Assembly (NCBI RefSeq): GCF_001194135.2
Contig: NC_068993.1
Location: 20,360,691-20,407,424, forward strand
Length of the DNA: 46,734 bases
Direction: 5' to 3'
Source of the DNA: Octopus bimaculoides
Lineage: Eukaryota
Both the position numbers and the translations under genes were made by a program. Under the pieces are notes generated by a model that saw only the letters and a list, made by a program, of their open reading frames with translations, made no database searches and had not been told where the DNA came from. Shown piece by piece: positions 46,061 through 46,734 of this stretch. Position 1 is the first letter of the stretch, and each line of letters begins with the position of its first letter.

Positions 46061-46615
46061 TCAGTGTCTAGCAAAACATATCTATTTCTCCATATGATAT
46101 GTGTGTGTGTGTGTGTGTGCATGTATATATGTATGCATGCATGCATGCATATGTGCACGAGTTTATATTTCACTTGTATTTGTTAGTTTGTAAACCAGTC
46201 CATCATGAAAACATGTCCAAGCTGCTTGACATGTCTTGATGTTATGCTATTTTTGTAAGCAAAAGGCTCATTCATATGATGTTTGATTCCATTTCTCAGG
46301 ATAAAACAGGCCCAGGCTGTTCGTTTTCTGATAGACTGAGAGAATATTACCTTACATGGAGATAAGGAGAGTCTGGCGACAGGAAGAGCATCCAGCTGTA
46401 AAAAAAAAACTCAGCTCCAACATACTTGCATCACATACATACAATCACAGGAANNNNNNNNNNTGTATATATGTGTGCGGATGTCCATGTATATATGTGT
46501 GCGGATGTCCATGTATATATGTGTGTGGTTGTCTATGTATATCTGCAGATGTCTATGTATATGTGCGGATGTCTATGTGTGTGTGTGGATGTCTATCAAC
46601 AACTTGTTAATTGGT

Positions 46616-46662
46616 AATGCTAGCATGGAAAGCAGACGTTAAACGATGATGATGATGATGAT
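46616..46662 (+). mobile_element. Very short RTE tail with (GAT)n
   Basis: ATGCTAGCATGGAAAGCAGACGTTAAACGATGATGATG. Confidence 0.75.
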
Positions 46663-46689
46663 CCTTCAAAGTCCATTACACACACACAC

Positions 46690-46734
<45 letters not shown>

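Larger units (their letters stand above)
4607..46463. other. Assembly gaps (N runs) at about 4607-4826, 6873-6977, 16172-16578, 31186-31488, 32587-33166, 34683-34768, 45298-45509 and 46454-46463
   Basis: Direct reading; almost all gaps abut repeats or microsatellites. Confidence 0.98.

Overview
Eukaryotic, AT-rich, repeat-dense scaffold with N gaps. The SINE/LINE families and (AT)/(AC)/(ATC) microsatellites point to an Octopus genome (inference). Three intron-containing housekeeping genes are present, two of them largely missed by the ORF track. (1) The first coding exon and promoter of phosphoglycerate kinase (PGK, minus strand, 5937-5998), whose intron 1 holds a decayed RTE-clade LINE ending in three C2H2 fingers. 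(2) An apparently complete AKAP17A/XE7 gene (minus strand, 4 phase-consistent coding exons, about 484 aa, no RS tail, probable 3' UTR of about 4.3 kb). (3) A divergent plus-strand gene starting about 0.8 kb upstream of the AKAP17A ATG, whose N-terminus resembles ERCC1 (exons 30237-30302 and 44561-44874). The rest is RTE LINE fragments, tRNA-derived SINEs, mariner relics and piggyBac, hAT, Merlin-like and Helentron-like non-autonomous elements. The most unusual item is a head-to-head inverted dimer of a tRNA-headed SINE carrying a Penelope-type minimal hammerhead ribozyme motif (24616-25062), inserted with a 9-bp duplication into a mariner relic in AKAP17A intron 2. Also notable is a 144-bp Merlin-like MITE with perfect 42-bp TIRs, an 8-bp TSD and internal TTAGGG repeats. 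All analysis was by eye; repeat boundaries without TSD/TIR support are approximate.
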